DNA from: Pseudoalteromonas translucida KMM 520
Lineage (GTDB): Bacteria > Pseudomonadota > Gammaproteobacteria > Enterobacterales > Alteromonadaceae
Assembly: GCF_001465295.1 (NCBI RefSeq)
Contig: NZ_CP011034.1
Span: forward strand, 2,910,001 to 2,942,000
Direction: 5' to 3'
Length of the DNA stretch: 32,000 nt
Part shown: positions 17,477 through 26,601 of the stretch, piece by piece
Layout: the number at the start of each line of letters is the position of its first letter
How positions within the stretch are numbered: the stretch's first letter is position 1
Position numbers and translations under genes: made by a program
The notes under the pieces: generated by a model
The model's database searches: none
Told to the model about the DNA's origin: nothing
What the model saw: the letters and a program-made list of their open reading frames with translations, nothing else

Positions 17477-18043
17477 ATGTGGTTCTGGGTTAAACATTTA
17501 TCACTGGCTGCGGGGCTAATAATTCTCGCAGTCTACTTTTTATTAGGTGATGGTCCAGTATTTGATTTTAAAGAATCAAACAATGCAGCGGCGCAAGGAT
17601 TAAGCCGGTTTTACTCATCAATTCGTAATAAAGTGAGCGACGAGCAAGGTAAGTTTGTATTGCAGCTTAAAAAGCCAGAACAAACTCTCGATCTTGTTTT
17701 AGCTGAGCGCATGCGTATTGTTGAACCGATTCCAAAAACCTGGAAGGGCAGAGTTGAACCTCGACGCTTTGAAAACGGATCAACACTAAAAAAGGCGTTA
17801 TCGCAATATGCCAGTAATGAAGGCATAGAGCTATATTGGTATTTAAGTAAAGATTACGTCGTTAAAGATCATTTTAGAGTAGACAGCAATTTCATTTCTA
17901 CCTTGTATCAAGTAGGGCGTGCAATTAACGACGACTTTGAAAACGAAGTATACACTTACTTATGCCATAAACAGCGCGCGGCCGTAATTACTGAACTACC
18001 TTCTGAATTTGTTCGCACTAACTGCTTACAGCTTAAAACTTGA
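17477..18043 (+). CDS. Membrane-anchored protein with TcpQ-like (toxin-coregulated pilus protein Q) C-terminal domain
   Basis: An N-terminal anchor HLSLAAGLIILAVYFLLG is present. The C-terminal segment FENGSTLKKALSQYASNEGIELYWYLSKDYVVKDHFRVDSNFISTLYQVGRAINDDFENEVYTYLCHKQRAAVI follows the TcpQ-domain pattern as I remember it (STL...L..WA...G..L.W....DY.+...F.....F..A+..+........V......+..N.+..VI). This has not been verified by search. Confidence 0.5.
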   Translation: MWFWVKHLSLAAGLIILAVYFLLGDGPVFDFKESNNAAAQGLSRFYSSIRNKVSDEQGKFVLQLKKPEQTLDLVLAERMRIVEPIPKTWKGRVEPRRFENGSTLKKALSQYASNEGIELYWYLSKDYVVKDHFRVDSNFISTLYQVGRAINDDFENEVYTYLCHKQRAAVITELPSEFVRTNCLQLKT

Positions 18044-18056
18044 ACTTAATAATTAG

Positions 18057-18086
18057 CACTTTGATACTCACTTGAGTATCAAAGTG
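18057..18086. terminator. Perfect 12-bp hairpin between convergent genes (terminator candidate, no U-tract)
   Basis: cactttgatact (18057-18068) is the exact reverse complement of agtatcaaagtg (18075-18086), with a 6-nt loop. It lies between the stop at 18043 (+) and the glnE stop at 18094 (-). Confidence 0.45.
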
Positions 18087-18093
18087 ACGCGCG

Positions 18094-20892
18094 CTAACTT
18101 AATTCAAATACGGTTTGCCAAATTGTAGTTACGTTTTTAATGTCATCACTAAATTGTGCTCGCTCTGTGCGGCGCCCTTGCTGATCTAAACTCAACACAT
18201 GATAGCGCGAACGGTAATTAATGTACGCCTGAATTAATTGCTGCTTTTGCGCCTTAGTAATGCAGCCAAGCTTTGCAGCATCAGTTAAAATTCTGACATT
18301 ATCGGAATACACACATAACTCTTCAAATTGTTGCGCATAATTTAGCACTAGGTACTGAGTAATAAATTCAATATCTGTCATTGCGCCAACATCTTGTTTT
18401 AAATCAAATTGCTGCTCATTTCCTGTTGCTAAATGTTCACGCATTTTTTCACGCATTTTTATGACATCGTCTTTAAGCACTTTTGTATCGCGTGGCTGGC
18501 ACAGTATATTTTTACGAATTTGCGCAAAACGCTCAACAAATTCAGCTTGCCCTAAAATCAGCCTCGCTCGTACTAGCGCTTGATGCTCCCATGTCCATGC
18601 TTGTGTTTGTTGGTAATGATTAAAACTCTCTAGGTTAATTGCCAACAACCCCGATGCCCCCTCAGGGCGTAGTCGTGTATCAAGCTCATATAAAATACCC
18701 GAGGCGGTACGGGTATTAAATAAATGCATTAAACGTTGCGCCAATTTTAAATAAAATTGCCTTGAGTCTATTGGCTTTACACCATTAGTTTGGCTGCTGC
18801 CATCGTGGTTATGTACAAATACTAAATCTAAATCAGAGTCATAACCCACTTCAAAGCCACCGGTTTTACCATAGGCAATAACCGCAAAGCCTTTGCTTTC
18901 GTCGTTAGTACCAGGTGGCATACCAAAGCGTTTTACACAGTTGTGCCATGCAATATTAACGGCCTGATCAACAATCGCCTCCGCCAGTGCCGTTAAATGA
19001 TCGCTCACCTTCATTACATCCATAACATCGGTGGCATCGGCAGCGGCAATACGTAACTGATGCGTTTGTTTAAACTGCCGTAACGCTTCCATTTGCATTT
19101 CTAAGTCGTCGGGCTCAATACGTAAAAAATACTGCCTAATTTCGTCTTTATAGGCGCTTAAAGGTGTTGGCTTATAAAGTACTGCGGGGTCTATTAGCTC
19201 ATCAAGCAAAATAGGGTAAAGCGAAATATGCTCACCTATCCATTTACTATAACAACACAATAATACTAACTGCTTTAAGGCGCCTGGATTTTCGTATAAC
19301 AGCTCTAAATAGGCGGTACGCGAAATTATTTTATTGAGTATTTGGCAAATAACATTAAATGTTTCGGCAGTGGCATTAAAGTCGTTCATTTGTTTGAGTA
19401 AAACCGGCATTAATTTATCAAGAATATTACGCCCTCGATTACCCACTTTTGCTTTAGATATACGTTGTTTAAAGTCGTGTAGTGGTGTTTGCCAATCTTC
19501 CCTGGGATCATTTAAAAAACTCACATCTCCATGATCCCAAGCGCTAATAAATGCGCCTTCGCACGTATCTAGCGGTTCGGTTTCCTCTCCTATTACATGA
19601 TTAAACTCATTATGAATTTGCCCCATTACATGCTCTAAATAGCTTAACGTAGCGCTAAAGTCGGGCTGATTGAGTAAATAATTTAAACGTTGCTGATTTA
19701 GCTCCTCATCCGGGAGGGTTTGCGTTTGTTGGTCATCAAATATTTGTAGGTACTGCTCAACTTTACGCAGGTACAAGTAGTTTTTTTGCAGATCTTTTGC
19801 TTCAAGATCATCAATTACTTGACTTAAACTAAGCTCTTTAAGGGCATGTAATAATGATTGAGTTTGCAAATTAGCCTCTCGCCCACCACGTACCATTTGT
19901 AGCGCTTGTACAATAAATTCAACTTCTCGTATTCCGCCTGCACCTAATTTTATATTATTGGTTAGGCGCTTACGACGTACTTCTTGAGCAATCATCAATT
20001 TCATTTTTCGCAGCGACTCAATCACCGAAAAATCTATATAGCGTCTATATACAAACGGCTTTAATAACTGGTTAAACTCGTTAAAATAAATGTTAGGCGT
20101 GCCAATTAAGCGCCCTTTTAACATGGCATAACGTTCCCAATCACGGCCTTGCTCTTGGTAGTAATCTTCAATTGCATTAAAGCTCATAACTAACGGGCCA
20201 CTTTCACCAAAAGGTCGCAGTCGCATATCTACTCTAAATACTTGGCCGTCAACAGTCACTTGATTAAGTGCGGTTATTAACTTTTGTGCCACTTTGGTAT
20301 AAAACACTTGGGCTTCGAGCGAGCGACGCCCGCCTTGGGTTTTAATATTGCGAGGATAGGCAAAAATAAGATCTATATCTGATGAGTAGTTCAGCTCTTG
20401 CCCGCCAAGCTTACCCATTCCTAACACCATTAAAGGTAATGGCTGACCTTGTTCATTTAAAGGCTCGCCATTGGTTTTTGCCACTTGTGTATAAGCCCAC
20501 TGATTTGCACTTTCTATTAGGTTATCTGCTAATTGGCTTACATACTTGATACTGTCGGCAATTGGGTTGTCGCAACATAAATCTAAAAAAGCCACTTTAA
20601 GCCAGTACTTTTCTCGGTATTGCCGCAGTAATCTATGGCAATCGCGCTCATCAATATCATTTAGCTCTAAGTCAATAAAAGGAGCAACAACCACCCTATT
20701 TTTAATTTCGGTGTTACACAGTAACCAGTTTTTTAGCTCAGGTTGCGATGTTAAACAACGCCATGCAAAGTCACTCAAGGCTAATAACCGTACTAGTGCT
20801 AGTTCTTGCTTTTGTTGTGGATAAAGCTGTTCGAAGCGTGTTTCGCCAAGTTTTTGTAATTGAATGGGAAGCTGCTTTACATTACTCATCAA
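18094..20892 (-). CDS. glnE: Bifunctional glutamine synthetase adenylyltransferase/adenylyl-removing enzyme
   Basis: 932 aa with two nucleotidyltransferase modules (LGMGKLGGQELNYSSDIDLIF and AYGKTGGFEVGYDSDLDLVFV). It is collinear with GlnE. Confidence 0.95.
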   Translation of the reverse strand: MMSNVKQLPIQLQKLGETRFEQLYPQQKQELALVRLLALSDFAWRCLTSQPELKNWLLCNTEIKNRVVVAPFIDLELNDIDERDCHRLLRQYREKYWLKVAFLDLCCDNPIADSIKYVSQLADNLIESANQWAYTQVAKTNGEPLNEQGQPLPLMVLGMGKLGGQELNYSSDIDLIFAYPRNIKTQGGRRSLEAQVFYTKVAQKLITALNQVTVDGQVFRVDMRLRPFGESGPLVMSFNAIEDYYQEQGRDWERYAMLKGRLIGTPNIYFNEFNQLLKPFVYRRYIDFSVIESLRKMKLMIAQEVRRKRLTNNIKLGAGGIREVEFIVQALQMVRGGREANLQTQSLLHALKELSLSQVIDDLEAKDLQKNYLYLRKVEQYLQIFDDQQTQTLPDEELNQQRLNYLLNQPDFSATLSYLEHVMGQIHNEFNHVIGEETEPLDTCEGAFISAWDHGDVSFLNDPREDWQTPLHDFKQRISKAKVGNRGRNILDKLMPVLLKQMNDFNATAETFNVICQILNKIISRTAYLELLYENPGALKQLVLLCCYSKWIGEHISLYPILLDELIDPAVLYKPTPLSAYKDEIRQYFLRIEPDDLEMQMEALRQFKQTHQLRIAAADATDVMDVMKVSDHLTALAEAIVDQAVNIAWHNCVKRFGMPPGTNDESKGFAVIAYGKTGGFEVGYDSDLDLVFVHNHDGSSQTNGVKPIDSRQFYLKLAQRLMHLFNTRTASGILYELDTRLRPEGASGLLAINLESFNHYQQTQAWTWEHQALVRARLILGQAEFVERFAQIRKNILCQPRDTKVLKDDVIKMREKMREHLATGNEQQFDLKQDVGAMTDIEFITQYLVLNYAQQFEELCVYSDNVRILTDAAKLGCITKAQKQQLIQAYINYRSRYHVLSLDQQGRRTERAQFSDDIKNVTTIWQTVFELS

Positions 20893-20968
20893 TACTCTCT
20901 TTTATATCATCAATAACCGTACTAGAATGATTAAAAACCTATTAAGGTAAATACTACTTAGGAAAACC

Positions 20969-21862
20969 ATGTCATATTTGTCATTATCTAACACTAGTTT
21001 ACTTGCGATTGCTATTAGTTTTATTGTTATTTGCGTGATCATAATGAGCTTAAGAATAATCACTCAACTAAAAGCAAAACAAGCGCTTAAAGATGAGTTA
21101 GCGCAGCATGATAACTTTGCAATGGGGATTAGTTTTGCCTCAGAAATATCGGTAGTGATTGCCTCAGTAGCATTTTTATTTGATGAAATAAGTATAAGCA
21201 CTGCGCAATCGAATCCATTAAAAGTGATTTTTTTAATCGTTTTATTATTTTTATTTATTAAAGTAGGTCACTTAATTCATCGTAAATGGATTTTGCATCG
21301 TTTTAATGAAGAAGCCGCTATTTTAAAACAAAATGTCTGCGCCGCACTGGTCGACTCAGGTATGTTAATTGCCAACTGTATTATTACTTTAGGGCTTTAT
21401 ACTTGGACTCACACTCAAGGTTTTAGCAGCTTACTCATTGCCTTTGTAAGTTTTTTTGTACTACAAGGCATGTTTGCTTTTGATAGTAAAATACGTGAAT
21501 ACTACTTTGCCAAAGCTAATCAAGGCGCATCACTACAAAGTAACTTTGGCCTTGAAAATACCTCTATTGGTATTCGCTACGCGGGTAAATCAATTGGTTT
21601 ATCGCTGGCCGCGTATGCTGGTTTGTCCAGCGCAGCGTTTCAAAATGGTAAGATGGTCGAAAATTTATTTACACTCGTGATGCATTGCGGTGTAATGTGG
21701 GTGCTACTTTACAGTTTAACTTATGTAATAAAAAAGATTTCGTTACCAAATATCGATACTTCGCTGGAAATTGATCATCAAGATAATATTGGTATTGCTT
21801 GTATCGAGTTTGCGGTTTTTTGTGCTGTAGGTTATTTACTTATTAGTATGTTTTCAATTTAA
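20969..21862 (+). CDS. Polytopic membrane protein built from four DUF350 (YjfL-like) repeats
   Basis: Four spaced units each consist of a polar/acidic lead-in, then an N-x-[A/S/G/C]-x-[G/A]-[I/L] motif, then a hydrophobic helix. The units are HDNFAMGISFASEISVVIASVAF, KQNVCAALVDSGMLIANCIITLG, LENTSIGIRYAGKSIGLSLAAYAG and QDNIGIACIEFAVFCAVGYLLI. The third is closest to the DUF350 consensus as I recall it. Confidence 0.6.
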   Translation: MSYLSLSNTSLLAIAISFIVICVIIMSLRIITQLKAKQALKDELAQHDNFAMGISFASEISVVIASVAFLFDEISISTAQSNPLKVIFLIVLLFLFIKVGHLIHRKWILHRFNEEAAILKQNVCAALVDSGMLIANCIITLGLYTWTHTQGFSSLLIAFVSFFVLQGMFAFDSKIREYYFAKANQGASLQSNFGLENTSIGIRYAGKSIGLSLAAYAGLSSAAFQNGKMVENLFTLVMHCGVMWVLLYSLTYVIKKISLPNIDTSLEIDHQDNIGIACIEFAVFCAVGYLLISMFSI

Positions 21863-21865
21863 CAC

Positions 21866-21906
21866 CAAACTGATTAAATACAACGACTCTATATTTAATC
21901 AGTTTG
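21866..21906 (+). terminator. Perfect 15-bp hairpin between the DUF350-repeat gene and the next ORF (terminator/attenuator candidate)
   Basis: caaactgattaaata (21866-21880) is the exact reverse complement of tatttaatcagtttg (21892-21906), with an 11-nt loop. It starts 4 nt after the stop at 21862. No U-tract follows. Confidence 0.4.
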
Positions 21907-21937
21907 TGAACACTTTACGTAAGTGTAATGGGGCTTT

Positions 21938-22417
21938 ATGCTATTTGATGTAACCAATTATCTGTTAGTTGATATAGATAATGAGTTTAGCAGAGCATTT
22001 GCTGAGTACTCTTTTAATCATGCTCAGAGCCAATCACCCAGCGGATTAATAGCCGCTGGTAGCCATACCCGTCAGTTAGTAAAAATGATGTTTGATGAAC
22101 TTATAAAAGATTACTGCTATTGCGACTTTGAAAATGAAATTAGTGTGTCAGAGCTCGCTACCTACTTGCATGATCATCATAAAATTAAAGGCGTATTATT
22201 TAATCGTGTTGATTACTTACTTGGTGATGATACACAGCGCTTTATTTATAACTCACTACACAAAAATCGCTTTTTAGTTAGCCAAGACGAAAATGGCTTT
22301 TCGTTTAGCCCAGTAACAGACCCAGGGCATTCAAATCACTTATCGTGCCATACCGATATAGCACAAGCGTCACTAAACCTAATAGAGACTGGTGAGCAAT
22401 TTAATAAAAATAAATAA
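21938..22417 (+). CDS. Hypothetical 159-aa cytoplasmic protein, His/Cys-rich, no family recognised
   Basis: The ORF has protein-like composition. It contains DYCYCDFENE, LHDHHKIKG and DPGHSNHLSCHTD clusters. There is no signal peptide or TM segment and only a weak SD (gggg, 21930-21933). Confidence 0.5.
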   Translation: MLFDVTNYLLVDIDNEFSRAFAEYSFNHAQSQSPSGLIAAGSHTRQLVKMMFDELIKDYCYCDFENEISVSELATYLHDHHKIKGVLFNRVDYLLGDDTQRFIYNSLHKNRFLVSQDENGFSFSPVTDPGHSNHLSCHTDIAQASLNLIETGEQFNKNK

Positions 22418-22489
22418 TTGCACCTAGCTCACAGCTTACTTACCATAGCGGCATATAACGTTTATGCACTAACCAATAAGTGACACCAC

Positions 22490-23224
22490 ATGCGAGTTCC
22501 TCATATTTATCAGGCATCGAGTATTGCCTTAAACACTCCAGTTACATTAGATGACGACGCTGCAGGCCATATTGGCCGAGTATTGCGGATGAAAGTAGGC
22601 GAGCACGTGTCTATTTTTAATGGTGAAGGCGGTGAATACCTTAGTGAAATTATTGAGGTGACTAAAAAAAATGTCGTGGTTATGCCGCAACAGCTAAATA
22701 CTCATGATGTAGAGTCTCCCTTAAAAATTCACTTGGGCCAATGCGTATCACGTGGCGATAAAATGGATTTTACCATTCAAAAATCGGTAGAACTTGGGAT
22801 TACCGAAATCACCCCTATTTTTAGTCAGCGTTGCGGCGTTAAATTAATGGGCGATCGACTTGATAAAAAACACCAACAATGGCAAAAAATAGCCATAGCC
22901 GCCGCCGAGCAATCTGGGCGTAACTTTGTACCTGTTGTTCACCCGCCGGTAGATCTAAAGCAATGGCTTGCACAGCAAAGTGCAGCAATTAAGCTCACTT
23001 TGCATCCACGTGCCGAGCACAGTATTAAAACAATTACCGTACCCAAAGATGGCGTACGCTTTTTAGTTGGCCCTGAAGGCGGCTTTACTGATGAGGAAAT
23101 GGCGCAAACAAAGCAACAAAACTTTGTAGATATTCGCTTAGGCCCGCGCGTATTACGCACCGAAACAGCAGCGTTAACTGTTTTAAGTGCATTACAGCTG
23201 CAGTTTGGCGACTTAGCTAATTGA
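22490..23224 (+). CDS. rsmE: 16S rRNA (uracil1498-N3)-methyltransferase
   Basis: Collinear with E. coli RsmE (MR.PRIY...D.A.HIGRVLRM..G......G.G......I......V........ESPL.IHLGQ..SRG.KM.FTIQKS.ELG...ITP.FS.RCGVKL...GPEGG....E.......F....LGPRVLRTET). Confidence 0.93.
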   Translation: MRVPHIYQASSIALNTPVTLDDDAAGHIGRVLRMKVGEHVSIFNGEGGEYLSEIIEVTKKNVVVMPQQLNTHDVESPLKIHLGQCVSRGDKMDFTIQKSVELGITEITPIFSQRCGVKLMGDRLDKKHQQWQKIAIAAAEQSGRNFVPVVHPPVDLKQWLAQQSAAIKLTLHPRAEHSIKTITVPKDGVRFLVGPEGGFTDEEMAQTKQQNFVDIRLGPRVLRTETAALTVLSALQLQFGDLAN

Positions 23225-23278
23225 AATAACTAAAAGTACCCACATATATATATTAATATTCATATTAAGGCACAGCGC

Positions 23279-24229
23279 ATGGCAATTAAGTTAGGCATTA
23301 TTTCAGATCCTATTAGCGGATTTAATATTAAAAAAGACACCGGTTTTGCAATGATGATGCAAGCGCAAGCACGTGGCTATGAAATTTACTATATGGAAAT
23401 GGATGATCTTTCACTACGCCAAGGTCAGGCATATGCTACAGCTGCAAAAGCACAGGTTTTTGACGATCCAAACAATTGGTACCAGCTTGAACAAAAAGCC
23501 ACTATTGCACTTAGCGATTTAGACGTTATTTTAATGCGTAAAGATCCCCCTTTTGATACCGAATACATATACGCAACGTATATTTTAGAGCGTGCCGAGC
23601 AAGCAGGTACGCTCATAGTTAACAAGCCACAAAGCCTGCGCGATGCAAACGAAAAGCTGTTTACAGCTTGGTTTAGCGAATACACGCCCGACACTTTAGT
23701 AACGCGCAGCCAAAAGCAAATTCGTGAGTTTTTAGCGCAGCATAAAGACATTATTTTAAAGCCGCTTGATGGCATGGGTGGCGCGTCGATTTTTAGAGTT
23801 AAAGCAGACGATGCTAACATTGGTGTAATTTGTGAAACATTAACCGAGCATGGCAGCCGCTTTGCCATGGTACAAAATTATATCCCAGAGATCACTCAAG
23901 GCGATAAGCGCGTATTGGTTGTTGATGGCGAAGTAATTCCATATTGCTTAGCGCGTATTCCACAAAACGGTGAAACACGCGGTAACTTAGCTGTAGGTGG
24001 ACGCGGCGAAGCACGCCCTCTAAGTGAATCCGATTTAAAAATTGCACAAGCTGTTGCACCAACACTTAAAGAAAAAGGCCTAATTTTTGTCGGTTTAGAT
24101 ATTATTGGCGACAAATTAACCGAAATTAACGTGACCGCACCAACCTGTGTTAAAGAAATTGAAGCAGCGTACGATATTTCAATTACGGGTATTTTGTTTG
24201 ACGCAATTGAAAAACGACTCGCTAAATAA
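23279..24229 (+). CDS. gshB: Glutathione synthetase
   Basis: Near-identical blocks to E. coli GshB: ILMRKDPPFDTEYIYATYILERAE..GTLIVNKPQSLRD.NEKLFTAWF, ILKPLDGMGGASIFRV, DKRVLVVDGE..PYCLARIP..GETRGNLA.GGRGE and GLIFVGLDIIGD.LTEINVT.PTC. Confidence 0.97.
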   Translation: MAIKLGIISDPISGFNIKKDTGFAMMMQAQARGYEIYYMEMDDLSLRQGQAYATAAKAQVFDDPNNWYQLEQKATIALSDLDVILMRKDPPFDTEYIYATYILERAEQAGTLIVNKPQSLRDANEKLFTAWFSEYTPDTLVTRSQKQIREFLAQHKDIILKPLDGMGGASIFRVKADDANIGVICETLTEHGSRFAMVQNYIPEITQGDKRVLVVDGEVIPYCLARIPQNGETRGNLAVGGRGEARPLSESDLKIAQAVAPTLKEKGLIFVGLDIIGDKLTEINVTAPTCVKEIEAAYDISITGILFDAIEKRLAK

Positions 24230-24243
24230 GTTAGCGTTATTAA

Positions 24244-24314
24244 AAGTGCTTTCATATTGTAAGGTTTAAAATATTTATTATTTTTAAATCGTATGAAAGT
24301 GCTTATTTTGTTTT
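24244..24314 (+). terminator. Long AT-rich composite hairpin plus U-rich tail (candidate gshB terminator)
   Basis: aagtgctttcata (24244-24256) pairs with tatgaaagtgctt (24292-24304) over 13 bp if two G-U pairs are allowed on the + transcript. An inner tttaaaa/ttttaaa pairing lies within the loop. attttgtttt (24305-24314) follows. Confidence 0.45.
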
Positions 24315-24369
24315 AAAAACATGGGTATGTGCCATACTAAAAATTCATTAACTAAAAAGGGTGAAATCT

Positions 24370-24927
24370 ATGCAGTCATTAGAAAATCATTTTTTAATCG
24401 CAATGCCGTCGATGCAAGACCCTTTTTTTAAACGTGCTGTTACCTATATTTGTGAGCACAATGAAGACGGGGCTATGGGCTTGGTAATCAACCAGCCTAT
24501 TAATATTACCGTAGGTGAATTACTCGATAAAATAGAAATTGATAACGACAAAACTCAGCAAGCAGCGCAAGTTAGCGTATATGCTGGCGGGCCGGTTAAA
24601 ACCGACCGTGGTTTTGTACTGCACTCTCCAAAGCATGGTTACTCTGCGAGCCAAACGCTCAGCAGTGATATCATGATCACCACCTCCAAAGATGTACTCG
24701 CTTCGTTAACCACAGCACAAGCACCTGAACAATTTATTATTACTTTGGGCTACTCTGGCTGGGAACAAGGTCAATTAGAACAAGAGCTACTTGATAATAG
24801 CTGGTTGATAATTAAAGCCGATCCGAAAATTATTTTTGACACCCCCGTTGAAAAACGCTGGGAAAAAGCAGTTTCTATGCTGGGCTTTGATATAAGCCAA
24901 CTCAGCCCTGAAGCTGGTCATGCTTAA
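24370..24927 (+). CDS. yqgE: YqgE/AlgH-family protein (UPF0301)
   Basis: MQSLENHFLIAMPSMQDPFFKRAVTYICEHNEDGAMGLVINQP is collinear with E. coli YqgE ([30 protein letters not shown]). ATG 24370 is preceded by aaaaaggg. The ORF-track GTG 24361 start adds 3 aa. Confidence 0.9.
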   Translation: MQSLENHFLIAMPSMQDPFFKRAVTYICEHNEDGAMGLVINQPINITVGELLDKIEIDNDKTQQAAQVSVYAGGPVKTDRGFVLHSPKHGYSASQTLSSDIMITTSKDVLASLTTAQAPEQFIITLGYSGWEQGQLEQELLDNSWLIIKADPKIIFDTPVEKRWEKAVSMLGFDISQLSPEAGHA

Positions 24928-24939
24928 CAAGATAAACTT

Positions 24940-25389
24940 ATGACAAAAAAAAACTTCAAGCCGCAAGGCCAGCGTACTGTAATGGGCTTTGACTTTGGCA
25001 CCAAAAGTATTGGTATTGCTATAGGTCAAGAGCTCACTGGCAGCGCATCGAGCCTTAAAGCTGTAAAAGCACAAGATGGCATTCCTAATTGGGATGACAT
25101 AGCAGTACAAGTAAACGAATGGCAACCCGATTTAATGGTGGTAGGTTTACCGCTAAATATGGATGGCACCGCCCAAGAGGTAACCTTTAAAGCTAAAAAG
25201 TTTGCTAACCGATTGCATAATCACTATGCCATACCAGTAGAAACACAAGATGAGCGCTTAACCACCGCCGATGCTAAAGCGCGCCTGTTTGAACAAGGCG
25301 GTTATAAAAACTTAGGCAAAGGCAAAGTAGATAACATGTCTGCGGTGATTATTTTAGAGAGCTTTTTTGAAACGAGTTACGGTGAGTAA
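24940..25389 (+). CDS. ruvX: Putative pre-16S rRNA nuclease / Holliday-junction-resolvase-like YqgF
   Basis: [15 protein letters not shown] is present, plus [14 protein letters not shown] and DERLTT..A, typical of YqgF/RuvX. It follows yqgE as in E. coli. Confidence 0.93.
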   Translation: MTKKNFKPQGQRTVMGFDFGTKSIGIAIGQELTGSASSLKAVKAQDGIPNWDDIAVQVNEWQPDLMVVGLPLNMDGTAQEVTFKAKKFANRLHNHYAIPVETQDERLTTADAKARLFEQGGYKNLGKGKVDNMSAVIILESFFETSYGE

Positions 25390-25406
25390 AAATATTAGGT
25401 ATTAGG

Positions 25407-25442
25407 CTTTAGGTATCAGAGCTTTTAAGCTGATACCTAAAG
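25407..25442. terminator. Perfect 13-bp hairpin between convergent ruvX and pilU (bidirectional terminator candidate)
   Basis: ctttaggtatcag (25407-25419) is the exact reverse complement of ctgatacctaaag (25430-25442), with a 10-nt loop. Confidence 0.6.
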
Positions 25443-25455
25443 TCTTTAACTTAAA

Positions 25456-26592
25456 TTAACTAATATTGCCTTTATCATCAAGGCCATCAATAGTGACCCC
25501 TTGTAAAAAGCCCGCCCCTTGCTGCTCATTGTTGCGCAGCTTTATCATTAAGCGTAAATCGTTCGCCGAATCGGCATGGTGCAACGCATCTGCATAATTG
25601 ATTCGTTGCTGTTTATACAATTCAAATAAGGCCTGATCAAAGGTCTGCATGCCCATTTCTTTCGATTTAGCCATGGTTTCTTTAATACCGCCTATATCAC
25701 CATTTTTAATTAGCTCTGCAACCATAGGTGAATTAAGTAATATTTCAATAGCAGCAACTCGGCCTTGCCCGTCAGATGTGGGGATCAGCTGCTGGGCAAT
25801 AATAGCGCGTAAATTTAATGCTAGATCGTATTTAAGCTTATCGTGTTTTTCTTTTGGCACTAAATGCATGATCCGATCTATCGCTTGGTTAGCGTTGTTT
25901 GCATGCAAGGTAGCCACACATAAATGCCCTGTTTCTGCAAAGCTTAATGCATACTCCATGGTTTCTTGTGAGCGTATTTCGCCTATTAATATTACGTCGG
26001 GTGCTTGGCGTAACGAGCTTTTAAGTGCTGATTCAAAGCTTTCGGTATCTAGCCCTACTTCGCGTTGAGTAATAATACTTTTACGATGTTCGTGTACAAA
26101 CTCAATCGGGTCTTCAATGGTTAATATATGACCGCGCTGATTACGGTTTCTATAGCCAATAAGTGCAGCAAGTGAGGTTGACTTACCCGTACCTGTTCCC
26201 CCCACAAATAGCACTAAACCACGTTTCGACATAATCACATCGGTAAGTGTAGACGGCAGCCCAAGTTCGCCAATTTCAGGTATTTTAGTAACAATACGAC
26301 GAATAACCATGCCCGCTTTATCGCGCTGCCAAAATGCCGAAATACGAAAACGCCCTTCGTCAGTGGCAATCGCAAAGTTGCATTCTTTGGTTGCATGAAA
26401 CTCGGCTTTTTGTTTTTCACTCATTGCCGATTCAACCAACTCAAGTGATTGCTCATCGCTGAGCGGCTCATCATCAAGTGGGGTTAATTCACCATTAATT
26501 TTAGCGCTGATAGGCAGTTGGCTTGAAACAAATAAATCAGAGCCTTTTTTATCTATCATTATTTGTAAAAAGTTATTTAAAGATAAAGCCAT
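25456..26592 (-). CDS. pilU: Type IV pilus retraction-type ATPase PilU
   Basis: 378 aa PilT-family ATPase with Walker A GGTGTGKST, plus ILTIEDPIEFVH and GHLCVATLHANNANQAIDRI. It lies directly downstream of pilT (9-nt gap), as in Pseudomonas. Confidence 0.9.
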   Translation of the reverse strand: MALSLNNFLQIMIDKKGSDLFVSSQLPISAKINGELTPLDDEPLSDEQSLELVESAMSEKQKAEFHATKECNFAIATDEGRFRISAFWQRDKAGMVIRRIVTKIPEIGELGLPSTLTDVIMSKRGLVLFVGGTGTGKSTSLAALIGYRNRNQRGHILTIEDPIEFVHEHRKSIITQREVGLDTESFESALKSSLRQAPDVILIGEIRSQETMEYALSFAETGHLCVATLHANNANQAIDRIMHLVPKEKHDKLKYDLALNLRAIIAQQLIPTSDGQGRVAAIEILLNSPMVAELIKNGDIGGIKETMAKSKEMGMQTFDQALFELYKQQRINYADALHHADSANDLRLMIKLRNNEQQGAGFLQGVTIDGLDDKGNIS

Positions 26593-26601
26593 TAGTATTC
26601 C

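Noticed and set aside
24945-24953. A9 homopolymer in codons 2-5 of ruvX, considered as a possible slipped-strand phase-variation site.
   Set aside because: It encodes Lys-Lys-Asn in a conserved, generally essential gene in an AT-rich genome. There is no evidence of alternative frames. Runs of 7 A or T residues are common elsewhere in the window.
25397-25417. Three tandem 7-mers, ttaggta ttaggct ttaggta.
   Set aside because: There are only three imperfect units, and the last one is part of the left arm of the ruvX/pilU terminator hairpin. The repeat is too short to call an array.
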